Below are positions 39,630 to 51,652 of a stretch of DNA of 64,000 nucleotides, piece after piece (the first letter of the stretch is position 1; the number at the start of each line of letters is the position of its first letter). The position numbers and the translations under genes are program-made. Source of the stretch: Eledone cirrhosa (lineage: Eukaryota); contig OZ024761.1 in assembly GCA_964016885.1 (NCBI GenBank), positions 8,990,001 to 9,054,000 on the forward strand, given 5' to 3'. A model generated the notes under the pieces. That model ran no database searches. It was given only the letters and a program-made list of their open reading frames with translations, and had not been told where the DNA came from.

Positions 39630-40775
39630 TCATACATACACACACAACACATACATACATACACAAGACATACATACATACACACACACTGACATAGTGA
39701 CATACATATACACACAACACATACATATAGTGACATATACACACAACACATACATACACACACACATATATACACAAATACACACACATGCACATACACA
39801 CACACATATAGTGACATATGCATACATACACACACAACACATACAGACATACACACACACATACACATACATATAGTGACATACACACACAACACATACA
39901 TACATACACTGACATACACACACATGCACATACACACACAACACATACATACACAAATACACACACATGCACAACACATACATACATTACATACATACAC
40001 TGACATACGCACACATACACAAATACACACACATATAGTGACATACACACACAACACATACACACACTCACATACATATATTCATATGCACACACATACA
40101 CGCACTCACATACATATATTCATATACACACACTCACATACACCTGCAACACATACACGCACTCACATATACACACATACATATATTCATATACACACAC
40201 ATACACGCACTCACATACATATATTCATATACACATATGCACACACACACATACATATACACACACTCACATACACCTGCAACACATGCATGCACACACA
40301 TACATATATTCTTATACACATATGCACACACACCTGCAACACATACGCACACATTCACATACACACACTCATACATATACACACACATACACATATGCAT
40401 ACATACACAACACATACACTGACATACACACACAGCACCTACATACATAGTGACATACACACACAACACATATATACATTACATACAGACACACACAACA
40501 CATATGCACACACTCATATACACCTGCAACACATACACATATGCACACATTCACATACACCTGCAACACATACACACACTCATACATATATTCATATACA
40601 CATATGCACACACATACATATATTCTTATAAGCATATGCACACACTCACATACACCTGCAACACATACATATATTCATATACACACACTCACATACACCT
40701 GCAACACATACATATATTCATATACACACACATACACATATGCACACACTCACATACACCTGCAACACATACAGG
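39630..40775. repeat. Complex (CA/TA)-rich microsatellite
   Basis: Direct reading; mirror at 56885-58202. Confidence 0.95.
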
Positions 40776-40861
40776 TCTAACTGATGCTAATGTGGAAGAT
40801 AGACGTTAAATGATGATGATGATGATACTTTATTTTAATTGTTTCATTTTGTCTGTTGTAG

Positions 40862-40961
40862 AATCACGATGCCACAGAATCTGTTGGTAACAAAACCCAA
40901 AGTCAGTAAAACTCCTCGGGTGGGTACCTGTAACCCCACTGAGAGTTTATCTCTTGGAAAG
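40862..40961 (+). CDS. MIIP: MIIP-like copy A exon 6 (ITMPQNLLVTKPKVSKTPRVGTCNPTESLSLGK)
   Basis: Acceptor gtctgttgtAG, donor AAG|GTCTGT; phases 2 and 0; resembles MIIP V.IP...L and D.L.L segments. Confidence 0.75.
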
Positions 40962-41024
40962 GTCTGTCTTCTTACATTTTAAGACGATGTTTGGTTGTTT
41001 GAACGTTTAAGTGGAATTGTTTAA

Positions 41025-42843
41025 CCCTTTAGCATTTAAACTGGTTGTATCTGGCCAGAATTATCTCACCTCTTTCTGCTTAAACCAGTTGTATCTGGCC
41101 AGAATTATCTCACCTCTTTCTGCTTAAACCAGTTGTATCTGGCCAGAATTATCTCACCTCTTTCTGCTTAAACCAGTTGTATCTGGCCAGAATTATCTCA
41201 CCTCTTTCTGCTTAAACCAGTTGTATCCGGCCAGAATTCTCTCATCTCTTTCTGCTTAAACCAGTTGTATCCGGCCAGAATTATCTCACCTCTTTCTGTT
41301 CAAACCGGTTGTATCCGGCCAGAATTATCTCACCTCTTTCTGTTCAAACCAGTTGTATCCGGCCAGAATTATCTCACCTCTTTCTGTTCAAACCAGTTGT
41401 ATCCGGCCAGAATTATCTCACCTCTTTCTGCTTAAACCAGTTGTATCCGGCCAGAATTATCTCACATCTTTCTGCTTAAACCAGTTGTATCTGGCCAGAA
41501 TTCTCTCACCTCTTTCTGCTTAAACCAGTTGTATCTGGCCAGAATTCTCTCACCTCTTTCTGTTCAAACCAGTTGTATCCGGCCAGAATTCTCTCACCTC
41601 TTTCTGTTCAAACCAGTTGTATCCGGCCAGAATTATCTCACCTCTTTCTGCTTAAACCAGTTGTGTCTGGCCAGAATTATCTCACCTCTTTCTGTTCAAA
41701 CCAGTTGTATCTGGCCAGAATTATCTCACTTCTTTCTGTTCAAACCAGTTGTATCCGGCCAGAATTATCTCACCTCTTTCTGCTTAAACCAGTTGTGTCT
41801 GGCCAGAATTATCTCACCTCTTTCTGTTCAAACCAGTTGTATCTGGCCAGAATTATCTCACCTCTTTCTGTTCAAACCAGTTGTATCTGGCCAGAATTAT
41901 CTCACCTCTTTCTGTTCAAACCAGTTGTATCTGGCCAGAATTATCTCACCTCTTTCTGCTTAAACCAGTTGTATCTGGCCAGAATTCTCTCACCTCTTTC
42001 TGTTCAAACCAGTTGTATCTGGCCAGAATTATCTCACCTCTTTCTGTTCAAACCAGTTGTATCTGGCCAGAATTATCTCACCCCTTTCTGTTCAAACCAG
42101 TTGTATCTGGCCAGAATTATCTCACCTCTTTCTGTTCAAACCAGTTGTATCTGGCCAGAATTATCTCACCTCTTTCTGTTCAAACCAGTTGTATCTGGCC
42201 AGAATTATCTCACCTCTTTCTGTTCAAACCAGTTGTATCCGGCCAGAATTATCTCACCTCTTTCTGTTCAAACCAGCTGTATCTGGCCAGAATTCTCTCA
42301 CCTCTTTCTGTTCAAACAAGTTGCATCTGGCCAGAATTATCTCATCTCTTTCTGCTTAAACCAGTTGTATCTGGCCAGAATTATCTCACCTCTTTCTGTT
42401 CAAACCAGTTGTATCTGGCCAGAATTATCTCACCTCTTTCTGTTCAAACCAGTTGTATCTGGCCAGAATTATCTCACCTCTTTCTGCTTAAACCAGTTGT
42501 ATCTGGCCAGAATTATCTCACCTCTTTCTGATTAAACCAGTTGTATCTGGCCAGAATTCTCTCACCTCTTTCTGTTCAAACAAGTTGTATCTGGCCAGAA
42601 TTATCTCATCTCTTTCTGCTTAAACCAGTTGTATCTGGCCAGAATTCTCTCACCTCTTTCTGTTCAAACTGGCCATATCCGGCCAGAAATTTCTCACCTC
42701 TTTCTGTCCAAACCAGCTGTAACTGGCCACTCATACTGATGTTAAGGTATTGTTATCAAAATATCTTTGATTCGATATTGCGAAATAAAGCCTTTACCAT
42801 GAAAATACAAAAGTAAATATAGAGTAATGTGAATGCTATAGGG
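41025..42843. mobile_element. piggyBac-like MITE with an internal 44-bp tandem array (~38 units)
   Basis: TTAA|CCCTTTAGCATT ... AATGCTATAGGG|TTAA; unit aaaccagttgtatctggccagaattatctcacctctttctgttc is present about once in the copy at 2562-2769. Confidence 0.85.
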
Positions 42844-43153
42844 TTAATGTGAGATGATGACTATTGCTTCTCTCCATTTCCAACTCTACGTCCATCTATC
42901 TCTATCTTTCACTATATCCATCTATCTTGATATACACCCCTCTATATCTCTCTCTCTATATATATCTATATATATATTCCTCTTTCTCTATATCCCTCTA
43001 TCTATCTATCTCAGTATCCATCTAGCTCTCTCCGTATCCATCTATCTCTATCTCTCACCTTTCTATATGTTGTCATCCATTAATCCAGTGACAATTGTTT
43101 CAACCATTTTTCTTTCTTTCTTCTTCTCCTGCCCCTCCTCTTCCTGCTGGCAG

Positions 43154-43255
43154 CACTGTGTAATGGGATGGGATAACACCCAGCATGGCAAACAGTTCAC
43201 ATCTTCCAACATCAGCATCAAACATGCTTCAGGAGGCAGAACCAAGGAAACACTG
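43154..43255 (+). CDS. MIIP: MIIP-like copy A exon 7 (HCVMGWDN...KETL)
   Basis: HC..GW motif closing the MIIP domain; acceptor cAG after pyrimidine tract, donor CTG|GTAAGT phase 0. Confidence 0.85.
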
Positions 43256-43499
43256 GTAAGTTTGGGTAAGTTGGGCGGGCAGGTGGGGAACAATATTCAA
43301 GGCAAGACAAGCTGGGGACCACCACAACAACATCAGCCACCTTATCAACTTCCTGAAAATTTGGCACCCATGTTGTCCGAAGTATAGTCGTCTAATTTTC
43401 ATTGATGTAATGGCTGGAGTTTTGTAATGTAATTACTACTGTGGGGCCCTGGAAAATGCCATAGATTTAGATAGAGTTCCATCAGAGTGTCGGCTCTTT

Positions 43500-43632
43500 A
43501 CCAGATTGATAGTCCCATGAGAATGTCAGGTTTTACCGCTCCCAAACTGATAGTCCTATGAGAACATCAGGTCTTACCTCTCCCAAATTGATAGTCCCAC
43601 CAGAATGTCAGGTCTTACCTCTCCCAAATTGC
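43500..43632. repeat. ~39-bp degenerate tandem repeat
   Basis: aaattgatagtccc..agaatgtcaggtcttacctctccc units; more copies in the mirror at 54478-54685. Confidence 0.7.
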
Positions 43633-43772
43633 AGTTTATGATGTCTGTTATCATATCATAACAATTAATTTATATTAAATTTATTTCGGCGTATATGAAC
43701 TGAGACCCATCTTTTATTTAGTAAAAAAATACACCAAATTCTAATTCGATTTACAAATAATTTTACTTTCAG

Positions 43773-44210
43773 ATGATGGAAGAAGCAGAACATTTGGCAT
43801 CCATGACCACATCACTGTTTCAAACAAGAGGCCGCTATCAACAGCTAACTCAAACACCAACAAACTATCAGATTCCAACCGCTGCCAGTGGAGGAAGATG
43901 TCATAAGAAGGACTCCTCGAGAGAACGGAAATCACTGCAACATCAACCTGGATTGTTGAACTCCAAGTCATACTCGGAGAAGAAGTCTTCAAGCTCATTT
44001 CTGCGTCATGTTACCAATGCTGTAGCAACTTGTTCTGTTGTCACACCATCAACCCCTCACTCTTCGAGAGCGATGACGAGCAGCACACTGTCGACTAGTG
44101 AGCTGTTGGACAACACTTACTCTCTCATCACTGACTTGGATCGATTGAAGGCAAAATACGAGAACAAAGAACTGGAACGACAACAGCAGCTTCAAAATAT
44201 GACTCCATAA
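43773..44210 (+). CDS. MIIP: MIIP-like copy A terminal exon 8
   Basis: Acceptor ttttactttcAG phase 0, 145 codons to TAA, C-terminal coiled-coil-like segment; ORF retained in copy B. Confidence 0.7.
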   Translation: MMEEAEHLASMTTSLFQTRGRYQQLTQTPTNYQIPTAASGGRCHKKDSSRERKSLQHQPGLLNSKSYSEKKSSSSFLRHVTNAVATCSVVTPSTPHSSRAMTSSTLSTSELLDNTYSLITDLDRLKAKYENKELERQQQLQNMTP

Positions 44211-44484
44211 TTACCTTGATCAACCTTCACACCTCCATAATTACCTGAAAATCACGTCAACACATTCCATAATCACCTGAAAAGCAGCCCCTTCACCTCT
44301 ATGATCACCTCAACCAATTGCCACACATCCAATAATAACCTAAAAATCATGTCAACCAACTGTGACACATTCCATAAACACCTGAAAATCAGACCCTTCA
44401 CCTCCATAACTACGAATTAAAAAAATTCTGTTTCCATCCCGATTGTCTTGTTATTTCAGTTGACGTCAGCAAAGATGTATATAA

Positions 44485-44771
44485 CCCTTTAGCGTGTACA
44501 TTACTCTATATATACTATTATATTTTCATGGTAAAGGCTTTATCTCACATTACTCTCTATATATACTATATTTTGACGGTAAAGGCTTTATCTCACATCA
44601 AATTTGCATTACTCTATATATATATGCTATTGTATTTTGACGGTAAAGGCTTTACCTCACATAGTACCGAATCTATGAGATCTGATAACTTAACATCAGT
44701 ATGAGTGGCCGGTATAGCCAGTTTCAATAGTAAAAGGTGAGAGGTTTCTGGCCAGTTTAAATGCTAAAGGG
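44485..44771. mobile_element. TTAA-MITE family copy with ~3 internal ~51-bp units
   Basis: CCCTTTAGC...AATGCTAAAGGG|TTAA; mirror at ~52980-53402 has ~6 units and has lost one terminus. Confidence 0.7.
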
Positions 44772-44976
44772 TTAATATATAAATTATATGTATATACACA
44801 CACTATATTTACGTAGAATTTGGTGAAAATCATCAAACTATTGACTCCGTATATAAGTCAACTATCGATTCTTTGGTTACATATTCCTCGATTTCTATTC
44901 GAATATATCCTGTTATATATGTACAAAATACTAGTAGTTCTTCAATGGCTATATATCCTATTATATTTATATATAG

Positions 44977-45046
44977 AAACGGAAAGACAGCGAGATAACA
45001 CTCGGAATATATCGTGTTATCTCGCTGTCTTTCCGTTTTTTTTTTT
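44977..45046. other. Perfect 25-bp inverted repeat (12-nt loop) followed by a T run
   Basis: AAACGGAAAGACAGCGAGATAACAC-tcggaatatatc-GTGTTATCTCGCTGTCTTTCCGTTT then more Ts. Confidence 0.9.
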
Positions 45047-45094
45047 AAAAAAGAAAGAAAACTTTAGCTATAAGTATGACTATTTGACTCAGTA

Positions 45095-45448
45095 GAATTG
45101 CGGCTTGTGCGTGGCGCTGCACGTAGCGTTTCTGGCTTCGCTGTCGTACTTCGGTATGGCATGACCACTCTATCGCGTCTGAAGTTCGAATCGTTGCGGG
45201 GTCGGCCGGGACTATTAGCAGGCTGGCTTTATGCTGGCCTGCGTCCCCCTCGCATGAGTTTTTACTAAAAATTCAATTAGAGTTATCTCCCCCTTAATTG
45301 AATTATTTGTCGAATTACTTCCCCTTTCTGGAACTCTTCTTTCTCTGTCGTCATTTCTCTTTCGTGTGGCGAAGCGTTAACATCATTTGATTTACACTCG
45401 GACTATTGACAACACCACTCTGGATTTTACCCTCGTGTAAAGAGCTAA
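45095..45448 (+). promoter_or_regulatory. CpG-rich promoter-like module with a putative non-coding first exon
   Basis: CpG-dense 45095-45255; TTAGAGTTATCTCCCCC at 45277-45293; TCT/TOP-like CTCTTCTTTCTCT at 45334; possible donor AA|GTAATG at 45449. Confidence 0.45.
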
Positions 45449-46278
45449 GTAATGTTTTATTTTCCATTAATTAATTCTAACACACATATTATTGAGATAT
45501 AAGAATACGTTTTTCTATATACAAGAAGACACTTTTTCTTTTTGGAAACATACATACATACACAAAGCTACATTTGTAAATATATATATCCTCTGAATAA
45601 GGCGGTAAATTCAATTTAAACATACGCCTATCTTTCATGTACACATGAAACTACATTATATACTGGCAGAATAAAGTTACACTTATATACATATTACCAG
45701 AGCTACATTTTATTATCTAACGAAGTCTTCTCAACACTATACACTTTTGTTTATTGTGGAGCAATAAAGTTACATTTATATATAAATGGTGTATAAACCC
45801 TCAGAGACTATATACATACTTCCATTGAGAAAATAAACCATACGGCTGTATTTTATTATCTAACGAAACATGGTAGCCACATGTCGTGTGTGGAGCTCTC
45901 TAAACTCCTTACCACCTTCTCTCTCAGACTATATACAGAGCTACATTTATCTCTTGAGAAAATAAACCATACGGTTATATTTTATCTAACGAAACATGGT
46001 AGCTTCATATCTTTGCCATGTATGGAGCTCTCTAAACTCATTACCACATTATCTACTATGTATAAACCTTCTCTCTCAGACTATATACAGAGCTACATTT
46101 ATCTCTTGAGAAAATAAACCATACGGTTATATTTTATCTAACGAAACATGGTAGCTTCATATCTTTGCCATGTATGGAGCTCTCTAAACTCCTTACTACA
46201 TTTAGCTATATTATCTATGTATAAACACTCTTCACTAAATACAAAATTAACCTATTTTATATTCCTAACAAACAACTA

Positions 46279-46459
46279 CAGGCTGGTCCGAAAATCTTGT
46301 CACTGCCTACGAAAAAGTAATAAGAAACAGTTTATGTCCCCATCGCAGTGAAGTCATGTCAGACATTCTCTTACCAGAATACACACGATCATGTGTCCAT
46401 ACACTCCCAGATAATTATATTATCAAAACAATATGTGACAAGACTCTCGGACCACCCTG
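46279..46459. mobile_element. Tc1/mariner-type MITE, 181 bp
   Basis: TA|CAGGCTGGTCCGAAAATCTTGTCAC ... GTGACAAGACTCTCGGACCACCCTG|TA. Confidence 0.85.
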
Positions 46460-47364
46460 TACATCTTATTTCGAAGAAGAAACCTAAATAAACGAATAAA
46501 CCAAACTTTTTCTTTGTTGCTTATTATTGTGTTCTGTATATATGTACACATACATTTATATAATTTCTTCACTAGACACAAACTACTGTATACATAAATC
46601 CCCTCTGTACAGGAGTAATGTTATTGTCTAGATAGATTCCTATTAGAAAGAAGTTGTACCCTATAGCAACTAAACCCACATTATGTGTGCCTGTTTATTA
46701 TACTAGACATATACTTCGAAGTAAACATCATATACATACAAGATGAGAAGTCTAATAATACAACTATATCATATAGATGTTATTTCCACCTTAAGAAACT
46801 ATATATATTCTTTGTCAAAATAAACAACACTAGTTTCATTTGTAGACATATAATGATATACCTTACTTGCTATATAAATAACTGTTATTGTCTAGGTACA
46901 AGTAAGCCAACACTATATACACATATGCCTATAGGAAGTTGTATTCTATATTTACATTCAGTTTCTTTCTTTAGAAACTTCGTATACACTTGTTCTTTTT
47001 AGTACGTTTTACCCAGCCTCTTTATTCATAATACTAGTTTCATTCTTTCTTAAGAAACCTCATCTACATATGATATGCTTTAACCTCACTATTATCTAGA
47101 CACACACCTTACTACAAGGTGTATCCTATAGAATACAGCATCTAAACTCACATTATGTGTGTCTGTTTATATTATGCTATACACTTGCTTGCGTATAAAA
47201 TAGGTAACACCATACAGATGTTATTTCCTTGCTAAGAAGGAAATTCTATCCTCATATAGCTTACTACTACATAAATAAATGAAACACAATTCGTATATAA
47301 CATGTAAACTAAACCTTCCCTATATAGAAGAAATGTTATTGTCTAGATACAATTAAGCATCTAT

Positions 47365-50300
47365 ATTGTATAGATGTTATTTCCTCCTTAAGAAACTCTA
47401 TATACAATCTTTGTCAAAATAAACAACACTAGTTTCATTTGTAGACATACCTTACTTGCTATATAAATAACTGTTATTGTCTAGGTACAAGTAGGCCAAC
47501 TCTATATACACACACGTCTATAGGAAGTTGTATTCTATATTTATATTCAGTTTCTTTCTTTAGAAACTTCATATACACTTACGTTCTTCCTACTCAGGAC
47601 ATTACTTACTAATATGTAAGTAATGTTTAGACACACACACACACTGTTTATAAGAATTTGTATTCTCAGACAGGCATATAGTGATATACCTTAACCCTAC
47701 TAGTTTTCTATTAAACAAAACATACATTCTTAGTATCTTTATTAAATCCTGCCTATACCGAAGAAATATTATTGTCTAGATACATGCCTATTGGAAACAG
47801 TTAAGCTAACTATAGATATGGATCTCTTGTGAGAAAGTAAACATTGTGTATACTATTATATTATAGACACATAAACTACTATTCCTAATGTCCAGATACA
47901 GGGAAATAGCAACTAAATCTCTATGAGGTATTTTTTATTTTATATTTAGCACGTCTTACTCAGTTTCTTCACTCATATAGGCCTTATATGTAGAATTAAG
48001 TAAACCCTATGTATACAGCATTCATACGTTCTGAGTTTCTTTATTTAGAAGCCCCATATGGATACATACCTCGATCAGTGTAAGAAACACTAGTTCAATT
48101 AAGGAAACTCTGTTGTAGTAGTATTCATACATTGTGGGTTTCGTTAGAGACTTCATATATACATCTTCCTTAGTTTCTAGTTCTAAGAAGCCGTACTTTA
48201 TAGCATCCATGTGTGTCTTATAAACATGTAAGTAAGCCGTGAGTGTATATATATACACTGCTTCATTTATAATGATATAGGTAAACATTACTACTACTAC
48301 TTTTGTATTACATTACAAGTAAGTAAGCTTTGTACATTATGTGTCTCTTTATATATACACACTCTTAGTTTCTTTCTTTCGAAACAAACTATCTCTGATA
48401 GGTAAGTAAGCCATATATACATTTATGTGTGTCTCTAACGCACACGTATGTATATATAGATTATTATTTACAATAGGTGGTATGTAAGCTCTATATATAC
48501 ACATGTTATGTGTATATAAATAAATGTTTTCTATAGAGAAGAAACGATTGAGTAGGTAAACCATATAATATACACTCCTTTAGAGAGGAGAAATGTAAGT
48601 AGGTAAACCCTTTCCATATATATATATATACACGCACCTTTAGAAACTTCATAGATAGGTGAGTAAACTGTATATACCACGTTTAAGAAACATTCCTAGT
48701 TTCTTCTATTATACATACCTCCATTACTGTAGGAAAAAGCTTCTATATATAATAAAGGACACAAAATAGGAAGAGTTTTATATTCTTTTTATTGATAACG
48801 TATATAAATGATTTCCTTTTATAGATGTTCAGCCTTGAAGTCGTGTGTGGGAATAACCAAGTTCCTGTTAATAAAGAAAGTTTACATATGTGTGTTTAGT
48901 TGTTTTTTTAAAAGGTGTACTGAAGAGAATGTAAGTATATATAAAGTTTCTAAAGGAAAGAAACTAGGAGTATAATGGTAAGTGTGGGTATATAGAGAGA
49001 TAGCTTCTATAGAGATGTGCCTCTTCTCTATACACAGAGTATGAATGCTGTATTCTATACAATATGTGTATAGAGAGAGAGATTACTTACATACATCATG
49101 TTTCTAAATAAAGAAACAAGCACTGTATTCTATAGAATACTACGGAGGTTGCTGTGTGTATATAGAGAAGATCTATTTATATGCATATAATATATAGGGT
49201 TTACTTTCCCACTAGACACTTCTACATAGAGAAGCTAAGAATGTGTACCTACTGTATTCTCCTGAGTATTACAGCAGTGGCTGTATGTGTATATATAGGG
49301 GTTTTACCTACCTAATTATTTCTTCTCTATAGAGAATATTTATAGAGGTTAATTGTTTCTATATATACAGTTACACTTCCTAAAGGAATGTATTCTATAG
49401 AATACTACAGCAGTAGCTGCGTGTATATAATATATATGGTTTATTTCTCCTCTACAGGGAAGACCTATTTATGTACATATAATATATAGGTTTTACTTGC
49501 CTACTAGAAACACTTACAATCTATGAAGCTTCTAAATACAGAATGTATATCTACTGTATTCTTTGGAGTATTACAGCTGTATGTGTATATAGGGGATTTA
49601 CCTACGTAGTTATTTCTTCTCTATAGAGAAGATTTATTTGTGTGTATATACAGCTTAATTGTTTCTATATATATATTCAGTTACATTTCCTAAAGTAATA
49701 AACTAGGAATGTATATAGAGGCACACACAGTGTATAAGTACTGTATTCTATAGAATGCTACAGTAGTAACTGTGTGTGTGTATATATATATAGAGGGTTT
49801 ACTTACTTGTTTATCTCTCCTCTGCAGAGAAGATCCATTTATATATAGGGTTTACTTGCCTACTAGAAACAATTATGTATCTATGAAGCTTCTAAAGAAA
49901 GAAGCCAAGAATGTGTCCCTACTGTATTCTGTTGAGTATTACAGCAGTAGCTGTGTGTATATATATATATAGGGTGTTTGCCTACCTAATTATTTCTTCT
50001 CTATAGAGAAGATTTATTTGTGTATATACAGCTTAATTGTTTCTATATAGTTACATTTCCTAAAGGAACAAACTAGGAATGTATAGAGGCGCACACGGTG
50101 TATAAGTACTATATTCAATACAATACTACAGCAATAAGTGTGTGTATATAGAGTTTACTTACTCAATTATATATATAGTGACAAAGGGTTTAGTTTCTTA
50201 GAGAAGCCTACATAATTTCTTATGGTATGTGAGGTGCCTAAAGAAAATAATGTATATAGCATAGTGTTTACATGTCTATTAGAAATAATTATCTAGGCAA

Positions 50301-50595
50301 TAGCGCTTCCTGTATGTAGAGAAACTTTATAACTAGGGAAGTATATAGGGTTTCTTAAGTCTGGATCTATATGGGGTTTACTTACTTGGTTGTTTCTTCT
50401 GTATAGAGAAGATTCATAATGTGGTGAATCTAAATAATAACACTGCTTCTGGATACAAAAGATTTGTTTACTTTCAGTATATACATACGTGTGTATAATG
50501 GGCACACGTCGATGGAGTAGCAAACCTTCTTATAGGCAGCATTAAGCGTGTATATAATATAGAGGGGATTTGTTTCTGAATATAGAATACACCTT
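47365..50595. other. AT-rich non-coding spacer of the palindrome, built of degenerate repeats
   Basis: No colinear mirror; direct duplication 46770-47000/47368-47595; three degenerate units starting ~49110, ~49390, ~49740. Confidence 0.75.
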
Positions 50596-51471
50596 ATAGA
50601 TACTGAAGTGCTTAATTATTTCTAACAGCTATCTAGACAATAACATTTCTTCTATATAGGGAAGGTTTAGTTTACATGTTATATGCGAATTGTGTTTCAT
50701 TTATTTATGTAGTAGTAAGCTATATGAGGATAGAATTTCCTTCTGAACAAGGAAATAACATCTGTATGGTGTTACCTATTTTATACGCAAGCAAGTGTAT
50801 AGCATAATATAAACAGACACACATAATGTGGGTTTAGATGCTGTATTCTATAGGATACACCTTGAAGTAAGGTATATGCCTTTGTGTGTATCTAGATAAT
50901 AGTAAGGTTAAAGCATATCATATGTAGATGTTTCTTAAGAAAGAATGAATAAAGAGGCTGGGTAAGACGTACTAAAAAGAACACAAGTGTATATGAAGTT
51001 TCTAAAGAAAGAAACTGGATGTAAATATAGAATACAACTTCCTATAGACATGTGTGTATATAGTGTTGGCTTACTTGTACCTAGACAATAACAGTTATTT
51101 ATATAGCAAGTAAGGTATATCATTATAGGTCTACAAATGAAACTAGTGTTGTTTATTTTGACAAAGATTGTATATAGAGTTTCTTATATCTATATGATAT
51201 AGTTGTATTATTAAAATGAATTCTTGTATAAATAATAAACAGGCACACATAATGGGTTTAGATGCTATAGGGTACAACTTCTTTCTAATAGGAATCTATC
51301 TAGACAATAACATTACTCCCGGACAGAGGGGATTTATGTATATAATAGTTTGTGTCTAGTGAAGAAATTATATAAATGTATGTGTACATATATACAGAAC
51401 ACAATAATAAGCAACAAAGAAAAAGTTTGGTTTATTCGTTTATTTAGGTTTCTTCTTCGAAATAAGATGTA

Positions 51472-51652
51472 CAGGGTGGTCCGAGAGTCTTGTCACATAT
51501 TGTTTTGATAATATAATTATCTGGGAGTGTATGGACACATGATCGTGTGTATTCTGGTAAGAGAATGTCTGACATGACTTCACTGCGATGGGGACATAAA
51601 CTGTTTCTCATTACTTTTTGGTAGGCAGTGACAAGACTTTCGGACCAGCCTG
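51472..51652. mobile_element. Tc1/mariner-type MITE (mirror of 46279-46459)
   Basis: TA|CAGGGTGGTCCGAGAG...CGGACCAGCCTG|TA. Confidence 0.85.

Larger units (their letters stand above)
33577..47365 (+). repeat. Arm A of a large inverted segmental duplication
   Basis: Reverse complement of ~50595-64000; every exon, TE and microsatellite is mirrored in order. Confidence 0.95.

Noticed and set aside
39526-42816. Long ORFs in CA-microsatellite and 44-bp arrays (and mirrors at 55420-58307)
   Set aside because: Stop-poor translations of tandem repeats in multiple frames
44977-45046. Rho-independent terminator
   Set aside because: Eukaryotic context and the stem is far longer than typical; retained only as an unexplained hairpin
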